A stretch of 64,000 nt of DNA from contig JABVCE010000016.1 in the NCBI GenBank assembly GCA_014905635.1, positions 558,001 to 622,000 on the forward strand, written 5' to 3'. The DNA comes from Scenedesmus sp. PABB004 (taxonomy: Eukaryota). A model generated the notes under the pieces. It made no database searches. It had not been told where the DNA came from and worked only from the letters and a program-made list of their open reading frames with translations. The translations under genes were made by a program, and so were the position numbers. Positions 35,544-46,088 of this stretch are shown piece by piece (the first letter of the stretch is position 1; the number at the start of each line of letters is the position of its first letter).

Positions 35544-36830
35544 TCAGCCCTGCGCGGCGCGCAGCCGGTCCCAGCCCGCCCGCCAGGCCGCCTCCTCCGC
35601 CGCCCAGCCGCTCCCGGCAGCGGTCGCCGCGGCCGCGGCGTTGGCGGCCTTGAGCGTCGCCCACCAGCTGCCGACCTTCGCCTCAGCCAGCGCCAGCGCG
35701 TGCGCCGCGCGCGCCTGCTGCGCCGCGGCCGCGTCGGGCGGCCGCGCGCCGGCCAGCCACGCCGCCGCCGTGCACGCGCCGGCGCCGTGCAGCGGCGGCA
35801 GCTCGGCGAGCGCGCGGTGCAGCAGCTCCGCGCCGTGCAGCGCGCGCTGCCGCGCGCGCGCGGCCCGCACCGCGGCCGGCGCGGCGGCGTGGCGCTCGCG
35901 CAGGAGCGCGGCCAGGCGCCCGTCGGCCTCCTGCCGCGCCGCGCGCCCCGCCGCCAGGCGGCCGCCCCCGCCGGCCGCCGCGGCCGCCTCGCAGCGCAGC
36001 TGCACCTGGCGCTCCAGCAGTGCGCGCCGCGCGGCGGGGATGGCCGCGCAGCGCCTGGGCGCGTCGGCGCCCTCCAGCACGGCCGCGGACGGCGCGCTCG
36101 CCTCGCCGCGCAGCGCGCCGCCGCTGGCCTCGGCGCCCTCGAGGGCGCGCCTGAGCTCGGGCGCGCCCGCCAGCGCAGGCGGGCCGCCGCCGCCGGCGGC
36201 CGCCTTCGGCGCCGCGTGCGTCGTCGCGCCAGCCCACGCGTGCTGCGGCTGGGGCTGGCGCGGCTCGCCGTCGTCCGGCAGCGTGGGCGACGCGCACGCC
36301 AACGGGCGCAGCGCCGCCATCGCGGCCGCGACCTTGCGCCGCTGCATCGCGCCGCGAACGTGCGCCTGGATCGTCGTCGCGGCCGCGTGGCGCGCCGCCG
36401 CCCACGGCTCGAGCTGCCCCGCCGCGAGCGCCGCGATGCTCCGCTTCTCGCGCTCGAGTTGCTGCGCGCCGTCGGCGGGCGGCGGCTCAGGGGCCGCCGC
36501 GGGCCGGGCGGGGCGGGCGGGGCGGGCGGGCGGGGCGGGCGGGCGGGGCGGGCGGGCGGGCGGGGCGGCGGGCGCGCGGGCGCACGCGCGCACCTGGATG
36601 CGCTCCGCGTGGCGCGCCATGACCGCGCGGAAGCGCGCCGCCCTCGCCTCCGCCGCCCGCTCGCGCGCGGCGCGCCGGCGCGCGAGGAAGCGGCGCACGG
36701 CGGCGACGAGCGTGGCCGCCGCGCGGCGGCGCCGCGCGTACGCCGCCTGCGCGGCGCGGCGCCGCCAGTGCGCCGCGATGGTGGTGGCGGCGGCAGCCCG
36801 GCGCTGCGCGTCGTCGGTCGGGTCCGGCAT
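35544..36830 (-). CDS. IQ-motif protein resembling the C-terminal part of IQCB1/NPHP5; in-frame intron at 36462-36593
   Basis: IQ motifs ATTIAAHWRR and ATTIQAHVRGAMQRRK, a coiled coil, and C-terminal ARAAHALALAEAKVGSWW. Confidence 0.6.
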   Translation of the reverse strand: MPDPTDDAQRRAAAATTIAAHWRRRAAQAAYARRRRAAATLVAAVRRFLARRRAARERAAEARAARFRAVMARHAERIQVRACARAPAAPPARPPRPPAPPARPARPARPAAAPEPPPADGAQQLEREKRSIAALAAGQLEPWAAARHAAATTIQAHVRGAMQRRKVAAAMAALRPLACASPTLPDDGEPRQPQPQHAWAGATTHAAPKAAAGGGGPPALAGAPELRRALEGAEASGGALRGEASAPSAAVLEGADAPRRCAAIPAARRALLERQVQLRCEAAAAAGGGGRLAAGRAARQEADGRLAALLRERHAAAPAAVRAARARQRALHGAELLHRALAELPPLHGAGACTAAAWLAGARPPDAAAAQQARAAHALALAEAKVGSWWATLKAANAAAAATAAGSGWAAEEAAWRAGWDRLRAAQG

Positions 36831-37163
36831 GCTGTCGTCCGGCGGGGCAGCGGCAGCGCTGGCGGGCGGTCAACGGCCCCCGCGCTGCGTGGCAGGTGCG
36901 TGCCGCGGGCTGGGCGCGTGAGGGCTCGTCTCAGCGCCTGGAGCCGCGCGCGCGGCGCCAGCCCGTCGCGCCCCGTCGCGAAAAGGACAGCGCGGCGGTG
37001 CCGCCGCGGCGCAAGCGCCGGCAACATCACCGATCTTCTACGCCTCCCCCCCCCCTCACTCGGGACGACGGCCGCATCTCCGCTCCTCCTCGCAGTCGGT
37101 CCGCAGGCCCTCGCACACGCAGGCCAGCAGCGGCAGCGGCAGCAGCGGCCGCGCCGACCACAC

Positions 37164-38493
37164 ATGCCCGCCGCACTGCAGCCGGCGGCGCCCCGGCACG
37201 GCAGCAGCGCGTCCACCCGGCCGCACCGGCCGGGCGCGTGTTGGAGAGCAGCAGCGATGCGGCCGCCGCCTGCGCGGCACCCGGCGGCGGCGGCGGCGCT
37301 GCCGACGGAGCGACGAGGCGAGCCCGACGCGCCCGCAGCCGGCGGCAGCGGCGGCGACGGCGAGGCCCAGCCTCTGGTGCACCGCGCGGAGCCGGCGGCG
37401 CCCGGCGGCGGCGGCGGCGGCGGGCGCGTTCTGCTGGTGGCGGCCCTGGTTGCAGCGGGCGGGGCCGCGCTGCTCGCCGCGGGCGGCCCGCGGGGCTGCA
37501 GGAGCGCGCGCGGGAGCTGGAGGGCGTGATCGCCGCGTCGGGGGCGCTCGGCTACGTGATCTTTGCTGCTGCCTACGCGGCCGCCACGGTGCTGCTCTTC
37601 CCCGCCTCGGTGCTCACGCTCGGCGCCGGCTACCTGTTCGGTGCGTGCCGCGCTGACGCCGCGCCGCCCCTGCAGCTAGCGGGCAGCCTCGGTCGCCGCC
37701 CACCGCGGCCGCGGCCGCCGCGCACCCCGCAGGCCCGCTCAAGGGCACCGCGCTCGTGTCGGGCTCGGCCACGCTCGGCGCGTGCCTCGCGTTCCTGGTC
37801 AGCCGCTACGTCGCGCGCCCCGCGGTGGAGGCGCGGCTCGAGGGTGCGGCCGGGGCGGGCGGGGCGCGCGCGCGCGGGGCGGCGCCGCCGCCGCCGACCC
37901 GCCCGGGCCGCGCGCCTCCGCGCCAGGCTTCCCCGCGTGCGCCGCGTCGTCGACCGCGTGAGCACGCGCGACGGCGCGCAGCTCGTCGCGCTGCTGCGGC
38001 TGTCGCCGCTCGTGCCGTTTGGCCTGCTCAACTACGCCCTCGGTGCGCGGCGCGGGGCGCGCCGCGCCCGCCCGCCCGCGCGCCGCCCTCATGCCGGGGG
38101 GCCAGGCCCGCCCCTGGCCGGCTGGCGGGCCGCCGCCGCCGCCGCCACCACCATCCTTACCTCAACCACCACCGCCGCCACCCGCCACCATCACCCGCAG
38201 GCATCACTGGCGTGAGCTTCCCCGCCTACGCTGCCGCGTCGTGGGCCGGCATGCTGCCCGGCACCTTTGCGTACGTATACCTCGGCTCCCTCGGCCGCGT
38301 CGCGGCCGACGCCGCGGCGGCCGACGGCGCCGGCGGCGCCGGCGGCGGCTTCGACGGCATCCGCGTCGCGCTGTACGTCCTCGGCGCCGCCGCGACGCTC
38401 GGCGCGACAAAGCTCATCAGCAACGCGGCGGCGGCGGCGCTCGGCGACGACGAGGCCGGCGGCGGCGAGGCGGGCGGCGGCAAGGGCGGCTAG
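37164..38493 (+). CDS. DedA/TVP38/TMEM64 (SNARE-associated) membrane protein. Introns at 37641-37732, 37844-37926 and 38043-38200; apparent 1-nt deletion near 37487.
   Basis: VLLFPASVLTLGAGYLFGPLKG, ATLGACLAFLVSRY, LLRLSPLVPFGLLNYALG, GMLPGTFAYVYLGS. Confidence 0.88.
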
Positions 38494-38524
38494 GCGCCTG
38501 GCGGAGACGTCGGCGCAACAGGCA

Positions 38525-38529
38525 TTACA
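38525..38529 (-). promoter_or_regulatory. TGTAA poly(A) signal of the rhodanese gene
   Basis: TTACA 160 nt beyond the stop at 38690. Confidence 0.5.
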
Positions 38530-38689
38530 CGCACTCACAGCCCGCAAAGCTCTCCTCGAGGCGCCGCCGAGCGGCGCTCGTGCGCTCACGCAGTTCAGTG
38601 CCGCCCCTCGCTCCCCGCTCCGCTCTGCGCTCTGTCTCTCCTGCCCCGCCCCCGAGGCGGGCGGCCGCGCCAGCCCGCCACTGGCACGC

Positions 38690-40217
38690 TCAGCGAGAGA
38701 ACACCGAGCTCAGCGCCGGCAGGCGCAGCGCCGCCGCGGGCAGGCCGCCGCCGTCGTCGTCGTCGTCGTCGTCCTCGCCGCCGGGCGCGGCGCCGGCGCT
38801 CGTCGGCAGGCCCGCGCGCGCCCAGGCCGGCAGGCCGCCGCGCAGCACCGACACGTTCTTGTAGCCCGCGCCTGCCAGGTAGTACGCGGCCTTGAGCGAC
38901 CTGCAGTGCAGTGGGCGGCGCAGTGGTGCCCGCGCCCGTGCGTCAGCCGCCGGCGGCGCCCGCGCCGCACGGGAGCAGCGCGGCGGGCGGGCGCGGCAGC
39001 GCCGCGCCTGCTCTGGAAGCCAAACTTGGTGCCGCTCTTGTTCTCGAGGCTGCCGCCGTTCTCGCAGACCAGGATGATCTGCTTGCCTGGCGGGGCCACG
39101 ACGGCAGCACCGCGGGGCGGCGGGGCGGCGGGGCGGTCATATTCAATCAATCAGCTGCGCGGCGCGCGGCCGGGCGCGCGCGCGGCCGGGCGCGGCGTGC
39201 GCGCGCGCGGGCGCAGGGCCGCCGCACCCTTGGGCACGGCGCGCTGCACGTCGCCCGCAAACGCAGTGTTGAGCTCTGCGGGCGCGGCGCGGCGCGGGCG
39301 GGGGCGCGCGGCACTCGGCGCCGCGGCCCGGGAGGCTCGAGGCATCAGCAGCGTCAGCAGTCAAACTTGCGAGGGCGGGGTCGCGCGGTCAGCAGCACAC
39401 ACGCACGCCCTGACGCCACACACACGCAAGCGCCTGTCTCTGTCTCTCTCTCTCTCTCTCACCGGTGCCGTAGATGCCAAAGAAGGCAAAGCCCGCCCGG
39501 CGGATGATGCTGGGCAGGTCCCAGGCCTGGATGGGAAGGTAGAGGGGCGCGCTCACCGCCCCGGCGGCGTGCCCCGCCGCGTACTTGCCGGCCAGCCGCA
39601 CGTCGAGCAGCACCGCGCCGCCGCCGCGCGCGCGCGCCGCCGCGTCGGCGGCGTCGACCTGCCTCACGCCGCCGGCGGCGGTGAGGGCGTAGTAGCTGCG
39701 GTTCAGGCGGGGGGCGTTGCGCGGGGAGGGGGCGGGAGGGAGCGGCGGCGGCAGCGGCGCGCCGCGGGGTGAGGCGGCCGAGCTGTGTGAGCGCCTGCGC
39801 GCGCCGCGCGTGCGGGGCACTTGCATGTCGCGCCAGTCGATGTCCTCCTTGAACGCCGCCTTGAAGCGCGGCGCGACAAAAAAGGTGGCCACGAAGCTCG
39901 CGCCTGCGCGCGTGGGGCCGCGGCGCGCGCGGTGTGGGTGAAGGGGCCGCGCCGGCGGCCGCGCAGCGCCGCCCCCCCCCCCCGTTGCCGAGGAGCGCAC
40001 CGCCCAGGCCGAGCGCCCAGTACGCCCCCGCCTGCACCGCCGCGGGGTCGGGCGCCGGCAGGGCGTCGAGCCCGAGCCCGAGCGCTTGCTGCTGCCGCTG
40101 CTGCCGCCGCCGCGCCGGGGCCGGGGCCGCGCCGCGGCTGCGGGGCGCCGCTCCCATGGCATGTCTACGGCTCCAGGGCGCCGCAGCGGGCGCCCTGGCG
40201 GTGCTCAGCGCGTGCAT
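38690..40217 (-). CDS. Plastid rhodanese-like domain protein. Five introns, two of them GC-AG (39696-39824, 38901-39007).
   Basis: VLLDVR..YAAGHAAGAVSAP, RRAGFAFFGIYGTELNTAF, IILVCENGG, SRSLKAAYYL..GYKNVSVLRGGLRAW. Confidence 0.88.
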
Positions 40218-40531
40218 GGCGATCGCGCGCCGCGGGGCGGAGCGGAGCGGCGGCAGCTGCTGCGCCGCGGCACCAGCGCTTGTGCGTGCGGGCGAGCTGC
40301 TGACGACGGCGGCGGCGCAGCGTGGCGGTGGGCGTCACAAGAGCGCCGGCGGGGTCACAAGCGCCGCTGCACCGCGGCCGCTCGCTGCCCGTCACTGCGA
40401 CCGCTCGCAGCCCACGCCGCGTGGCGCCTGGCACTCTCCTCGACCGCCCCAGCGCCACTACGCAGCTGTCAGCAGCAGATTGCCACCGCGCCGCGCCGCG
40501 CCCTGCGCCGGACCCGCGTCGCGCGGCAGCG

Positions 40532-41950
40532 ATGCTGAGCGCCGCCAGGGCGCGCCCGGCGGCGCCCGCCGCCGCCGCCCCCGCGCCCCGGGTCGACTGG
40601 CGCGCCTGCGCGGCCGGCGCGCCGCGGCGGCGGCAGCAGCAGCTGCAGCGGCAGCAGCGGCAGCGGGACGCTTCGGCGCGCGCGGCGGGGCTCGACGCGC
40701 AGGCGCTGCTCGCCGCCGCGTCGGCGCCGCACCCCGGCCTCGCGCCCGGCGCGGCCGTCACGGCCGCGGTCTTCGCCGCCGGCGCGCCGCTGCTGCTCAA
40801 GGGCCTCACGCCGTCGGGCGTGGCGCACGCGTTTGCGCTCGGCACGACGGTGTACGCCGCATTTGGCGCGGGCGGCTTCGCGCTCGTGATGCTGTACTTC
40901 GTGTTTGGCACCGCGGTGAGCCGACAGCCCACAGCCCGAGCGGCGCGGCCGAGCTGCGATGGAGCGTTGCCCGCCGGCGCGCCGGCCGGGGAGCGACGCG
41001 CGCCCGCGCGCGGCCGCCCCCGCCCCCTCCCCGCGCGCGCAGGTGACCAAGGTCAAGCTGGAGCAGAAGCAGCGGGAGGGCATCGCGGAGGCGCGCTCGG
41101 GGCGGCGCGGCCCGGTGAGCGGCGGCGGCGCGCTGCGCTGCGTGCGGCGTGCCCCTGCGGCCGCGCGCGGCCGCGGGCCGCCGGCGCCGCCCCGGCCCCC
41201 GCCGCCGCCGGCCGAGGCTCCCGCCGCGCCGCGCCGCGCCGCGCCGCGCGGCGCCGCAGAGCAGCGTGTGGGGCTCGGGCTCGGCCGGCGCGTTCTGCGC
41301 GCTCGCCGCGCTCGCGACGGGCGACTACGCGCTCTGGCAGGTCGGCTTTGTGGCGAGCTTCACGAGCAAGCTCTCAGACACGGTGTCCAGCGAGATCGGC
41401 AAGGCACGCGCCGCGGCACGGGCGACGGCGGCGCGCGGCGGCGGCAGAGGGGCAAGCAGCGCCGCGGCGCGCCTGCGGGCGCGCCCGCCGCCCGTGGCGG
41501 GGGCCCGACGCCGCCGCCGCCGCCGCCGGCGCGCAGGCGTACGGCAAGACCACGTACCTCATCACCAGCCTGCGTCGCGTGCCGCGCGGCACCGAGGGCG
41601 CCGTGAGCGCGGAGGGCACGCTCGCGGGCCTGGCGGCCGCTGCGCTCTTCGCCGCCGCCGCGCTCGCCGTCGGCCAGGTGCGCGCCCCGCCGCGCCCCGG
41701 CCGCGGCGCGCCGCGCCGCCGCCCCGCCGCCGCCCACTCGCGCCGCCGCCGCCGCCGCCGCCAGGCGTCGCGCGGCGAGGTGGCCGTCGTGACGGGCGCC
41801 GCGTTCCTGGCCAACGTGTTTGAGAGCTACCTCGGTGCAGCGGTGCAGGGCCGGCTGCCCTGGCTCAGCAACGACCTGGTCAATGTGCTCCAGATCAGCG
41901 TCGCCGCGGGGCTCGCGGTCGCGGCGCGGCACTGGCTGCAGCTGGCGTGA
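40532..41950 (+). CDS. VTE6: Phytyl-phosphate kinase VTE6 (DUF92). Introns at 40916-41042, 41115-41259, 41404-41536 (GC-AG) and 41678-41764.
   Basis: GLTPSG, YFVFGTAVTKVKLEQKQREGIAE..GRRGPSSVWGS, SKLSDTVSSEIGKAYGKTTYL, VPRGTEGAVSAEGT, ESYLGA, NDLVN. Confidence 0.9.
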   Translation: MLSAARARPAAPAAAAPAPRVDWRACAAGAPRRRQQQLQRQQRQRDASARAAGLDAQALLAAASAPHPGLAPGAAVTAAVFAAGAPLLLKGLTPSGVAHAFALGTTVYAAFGAGGFALVMLYFVFGTAVSRQPTARAARPSCDGALPAGAPAGERRAPARGRPRPLPARAGDQGQAGAEAAGGHRGGALGAARPGERRRRAALRAACPCGRARPRAAGAAPAPAAAGRGSRRAAPRRAARRRRAACGARARPARSARSPRSRRATTRSGRSALWRASRASSQTRCPARSARHAPRHGRRRRAAAAEGQAAPRRACGRARRPWRGPDAAAAAAGAQAYGKTTYLITSLRRVPRGTEGAVSAEGTLAGLAAAALFAAAALAVGQVRAPPRPGRGAPRRRPAAAHSRRRRRRRQASRGEVAVVTGAAFLANVFESYLGAAVQGRLPWLSNDLVNVLQISVAAGLAVAARHWLQLA

Positions 41951-42842
41951 CGCGCGGCGGCGGGCGGGCGGCGATGGGGTCGCGCGAGGGCGTTACACGC
42001 GCGTAACTGGAGCGCAGGGACGACCGATCGTGCACGCCAGCGCGCGCAGTGGCGATCATTCGACGACGACGTGGCCGCGAGCCGCGCATGCGTTGGGCGC
42101 ACGCCGCCGCCGCCGCCGGCGCCCACGGCCGGCTCGGGGGCGTGCGCGCCGCCAAGAGATGGATAGGTAGAGGGACCAACGGGACCAACAGGGATCGTTT
42201 GTTGATGCAGCCGGGCGGGCGCTGCAGCTAGCAACAGCGGAGCAACAGCGGAGAGCGATGCGCGCAGCGCCGTGGCCATGCGTTGGGGCTGACTAAGCCT
42301 CGCTAGGCGGCAGCAGCGCTTTGGTGGGTGCGTCTCGCGCCTTTTCCCCGGCAAGCGACAAGCGAACAAAAACAAGGCCTGGCGGCGCCGCCGGCGCGCC
42401 GCACGTGCGCGCTCGCCGCGGTCAACGGCGGGGCGTCTCTCCGTGAGGGAGCAACGGGGCATGCATTGGTGGTTGTGGTTGTGGTGTGTGTGGTCGTGCA
42501 GTGCGTGCCATAGTACTCTATGCGGCGTCAACGTTGGATGCGAGCCTCCCAAAACCATAAGGGTTCCGAACACACGCGCGCGCGCGCCGCGGCTCCAGGC
42601 CCTCCGGGCCGGCGGCCTGCGGCGCGCTCCACCCCGCATCCCCCGCAGACGCTACGCCCGCCCGCCGCCGCCCCCTCTTTGACGCCACCCGCGTGCCCCC
42701 CATCACGCACGGCGCGGCAGTGCCACCGACAAGCACAGCGGCGCCGCCGGCCGCGGGCCGCGAGCGCCGCCGCCCCTCAACGCCGGGGCGCCGCCGCGGC
42801 GCGCGGCGCGCGCCGCGGCGCGCCGGGTCGCGCGCGCGCGCG

Positions 42843-45309
42843 TCACACGGTTTTCTTGGCGCCGCCGCCGCCGCCCGCGTTGGCCAGGGTGGCCAGGAAG
42901 GCCTTGCGGGAATACATCTCCATGCTGTGCAGCAGCAGGCAGGGCAGGCAGAGCCCGCCGCCGAGCAGCTGCACGTAGTGCAGCAGCGACGCGCCCGCGT
43001 GCGTGCGCAGGAGCAGCGCGCCGAGGAAGAGCACCTGGCACGGCACATACGTGGCCAGGCGCACCTGCATGCAGGCAATGCCCATGAGCTGCGCGAGCGC
43101 CACGGCGGGCATGCTCAGCGGCAGCCCGCCGCCGCCCGGCACGCCGAGCTGCGCCGCCAGCAGCACCGCGACCGAGCACAGGCGGCTGCCGGCGAGCAGC
43201 TGCTCGCGCCAGCGCACGTAGCGCGCCCGCCGCAGCGCGAGCAGCACGCCCGCGGGCAGGCTGGCGGCCATCATGCCGACGACGCCGAGCAGCGCGCGCG
43301 CGTGCGCGTCCGCCGCCGCGCCGCCCTCGCCGCCGGCGGCGCTGCGCTCGCCGCCGCCCGCGGCGCCGCGCTCGAGGCGCAGCCAGAGGCAGCCGCCCAC
43401 GAGCAGGGCGAGCGCCTGGAGGGCGCCGTCCACAAATACCTTGCCGCTGTTGCTCCAGCGCAGGTAGCGCGCCTCGAGGCCCGGCTCCGCAAAGTGCAGC
43501 AGCGGCGGGCGCAGCGCGAGCGACGCGCGCAGCACGTACGCGAGCGCGCCCGCCGCGGCGGGCAGGTAGGCGGCGGCGCCCCAGCGCTGCGCGCGCGACG
43601 ACAGCCACGCCGGCAACGATGCGCTCGCCCACGCCTGGCGGGCGGGCGCGGGCGCGGGCGCGGCGGCGGGCGTTAGCGCGCGGCTGCGGCGGGGCCGGCG
43701 CGGGCGCGTGCGCGCCGCCCGGCCAGCGCCGCCGACGTTGCTGGCGGCTCGCAGCGCGCGCACCTGCAGGCCGCCCAGGAGCGGCATCAGCATCACGCAG
43801 GCCAGCAGGCCCAGCAGCATGACCTGTTGGAAGCGGTGCTGCCGCCGCCGCGTGCCGCTGGCGCACAGCGCCTCGCCCTTGCCGCTGGCGCACAGCGCCT
43901 CGCCCTTGCCGCACGGCGCCGCGAGCGCGCGCAGGCCGCGCGGGCGCTGCGGCACGCGCGAGCTGTGCACGCTGCCCGGCGGCAGGCCGCCGGCGCACGC
44001 GGGCTCGTCGTCAAACGACTTGCCCGCGGGCAGCGCCGGCGGCGGCGCCCCGGCCGACGAGTCGCCCTGCAGCTCCGCGAGGCGCGTGCGCGCCGCGGCC
44101 TTCTGCACTGCGAGGTCCTCGTCCGTCTCCATCGTGAACGGCGGCGGCGCCGAGGCTGCGGCGCGTGCGGACGCGGGCCCCGCCGCCGCCGGCTCCCCGG
44201 CGGCCGCGCCGTCGCCGCTGCTCCGCGCCGCGAGCGAGGCCGCGGCGCCGGCGCTGCCGGCGAGCGCGTCGCGCACCGCCGCCATCGCCGCGGCCGCCGC
44301 CAGCGCCGGCGGCGCCAGCGAGTCGACGCTGCTGCCCTCGTCGCCGTCCTCGTCGGCCTCCAGCGGGTCTGGCAGGCGCACAAAGCTGCCGCTGCTCGCG
44401 CGGCGGCTGTGCGCGGCCGGCAGCGCCGCCGCGTCGGCGTCCAGCTCGGCGTCCAGCTGCTCCCGCAGCGCCACGTAGCGCTGAACGTCGTGCGCCAGGT
44501 ACGCCTCCAGCCGCGACTCGGCGGTCTGCGGGACGGGCGCGGGCGGCCGTGGGCGCGTGCGCCGCGGCTCCGCGCGCGCGGGGCGCGGCGGCCGGCGCGC
44601 CCCGGCCGCAGCCCGCGCCGGCGCGCGGCGCGTGCAGCCCGCGGCGGCGCGCCTGCTGGTGCAGCGGGCGCGTGCGCGGCCGGCGCTTGACGGGGCCGAG
44701 CAGCAGCGCCGCGGGGGCGCCGGCGGCAAAGGCGGCCTCGGCGCCGCGCGGCGCGTGCTGGGCGGCGCTCAGGCGCGGCGAGTCATCGAAGAGAGAGATC
44801 TCGCCGCGCCCGGCGTTGAAGGCCTGCCAGAAGCTGGCCTCCACGTCGCTCGCAAAGACGGCGCGCAGCTGCGCCGGCGACGCGTGCTCCGCGGCGGCGG
44901 CGGCGCCGGCGCTGCACGGGCCGCCCCACGCCGCCGTCTCCAGGAAGAAGTCCACGGCGCCCGTCTGCTGCAGGATGGCGCCCTCCAGCTCCGCCTCGAA
45001 GCTGCCATAGCTGGTGCTGGGCGCCGAGCGCTGCGGGCGGCGGGGGGCGGGGGTGATGACGAGTGTGCACGCGTCCTGCTGCTCGCGCCACCCGCGCGCC
45101 CGCCAGGCGCGGCCCAGGTGCGGCAGCGGAGCCGGGGAGCGTCCAGCCGGGCGCTCGCCGGCCCCGGGCGCGCCCAGGGCGCGCCACCGCGGGCGCGGCG
45201 GTCGCCCCGGCGCCCGCGGGCCGCCCGGGCCCCTTTCCACGCCAGCCCGCGCCCGCTGACGCTCTCCCCGGCCGCCCCGCGCCGGCGGGCGCGCGCTCAC
45301 CAGCACCAT
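42843..45309 (-). CDS. Hypothetical protein with a C-terminal multi-pass membrane region. Introns at 45031-45300, 44526-44652 (GC-AG) and 43636-43763.
   Basis: Frame-consistent exons and about 7-8 hydrophobic segments; ends MEMYSRKAFL. Confidence 0.65.
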
Positions 45310-45700
45310 CGCGCCCAGTGTCGCCGCCCGCTGCCTGGCGGCCTCCTGGTCGCCGCCGACCGTCCCAGCATCCCGCTCGGGCGGGCGCGGAGTGAGCGGG
45401 ACCCCGGGCGGCGCGCGCGGAGGCGGGCCGGCGACTTGAGCCCCGACACTCTCACGGCCCAGCTGGCCGCGGGCCTTCAGGGACGGGCCAGCACCGGGGC
45501 ATCGCAGCGGCGAGCGACGAGCGCCGCCGCCGCGCCTGCGGCGGCCCGGGCGCGCCGCGCCGAGGGCGTCGAGCGCCGCCGTGCAGCGACGGCTGCGAGC
45601 GCTCGCCCCCGGCGGCGGCGATCGGCGGGCCCGGCCTGCTGCGACGCGGTGCACTGCCCCTGCACGAGGTTGGGCATCAGGAGGAGCGGGCGGCGGTCAA

Positions 45701-45705
45701 TTACA
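45701..45705 (-). promoter_or_regulatory. TGTAA poly(A) signal of RBM22
   Basis: TTACA about 80 nt beyond the stop. Confidence 0.6.
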
Positions 45706-45782
45706 ACGCCGCCGCCGCCCGCGAGCGAGCGCAGCCGCGCTGCGCGTGCCGACCCCGACGCCCCGGGCGCCGCCCGCGCCGG

Positions 45783-46050
45783 CTAGCTCCCTTGCTCCCC
45801 GCCCGCTGCCTGCTGCTGCTGCTGCTCCGGCGGCGCCTGCTGCTGCTGCGGCGGCTGCGGCTGCGGCGGCGGCGCGCCGAAGCCGCTCCCAGCGGCGCGC
45901 GCGCGCTTGCCCGGCTCGCCGCCGTCGGGGCCGCCGTCGGGGCCGCGCTTGATGGGCGCGCCCATGGCGGCCGGGTCCATCGACGGGAACGCCGCCGCGC
46001 CGCCGTAGCCGAGCGGCGCGGCGCCGGGCGGCAGCGGCGGCAGGCCGCCC

Positions 46051-46088
<38 letters not shown>

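Noticed and set aside
42550..42570. AAAACCATAAGGGTT as a second telomere-like palindrome
   Set aside because: Too degenerate and short to support.
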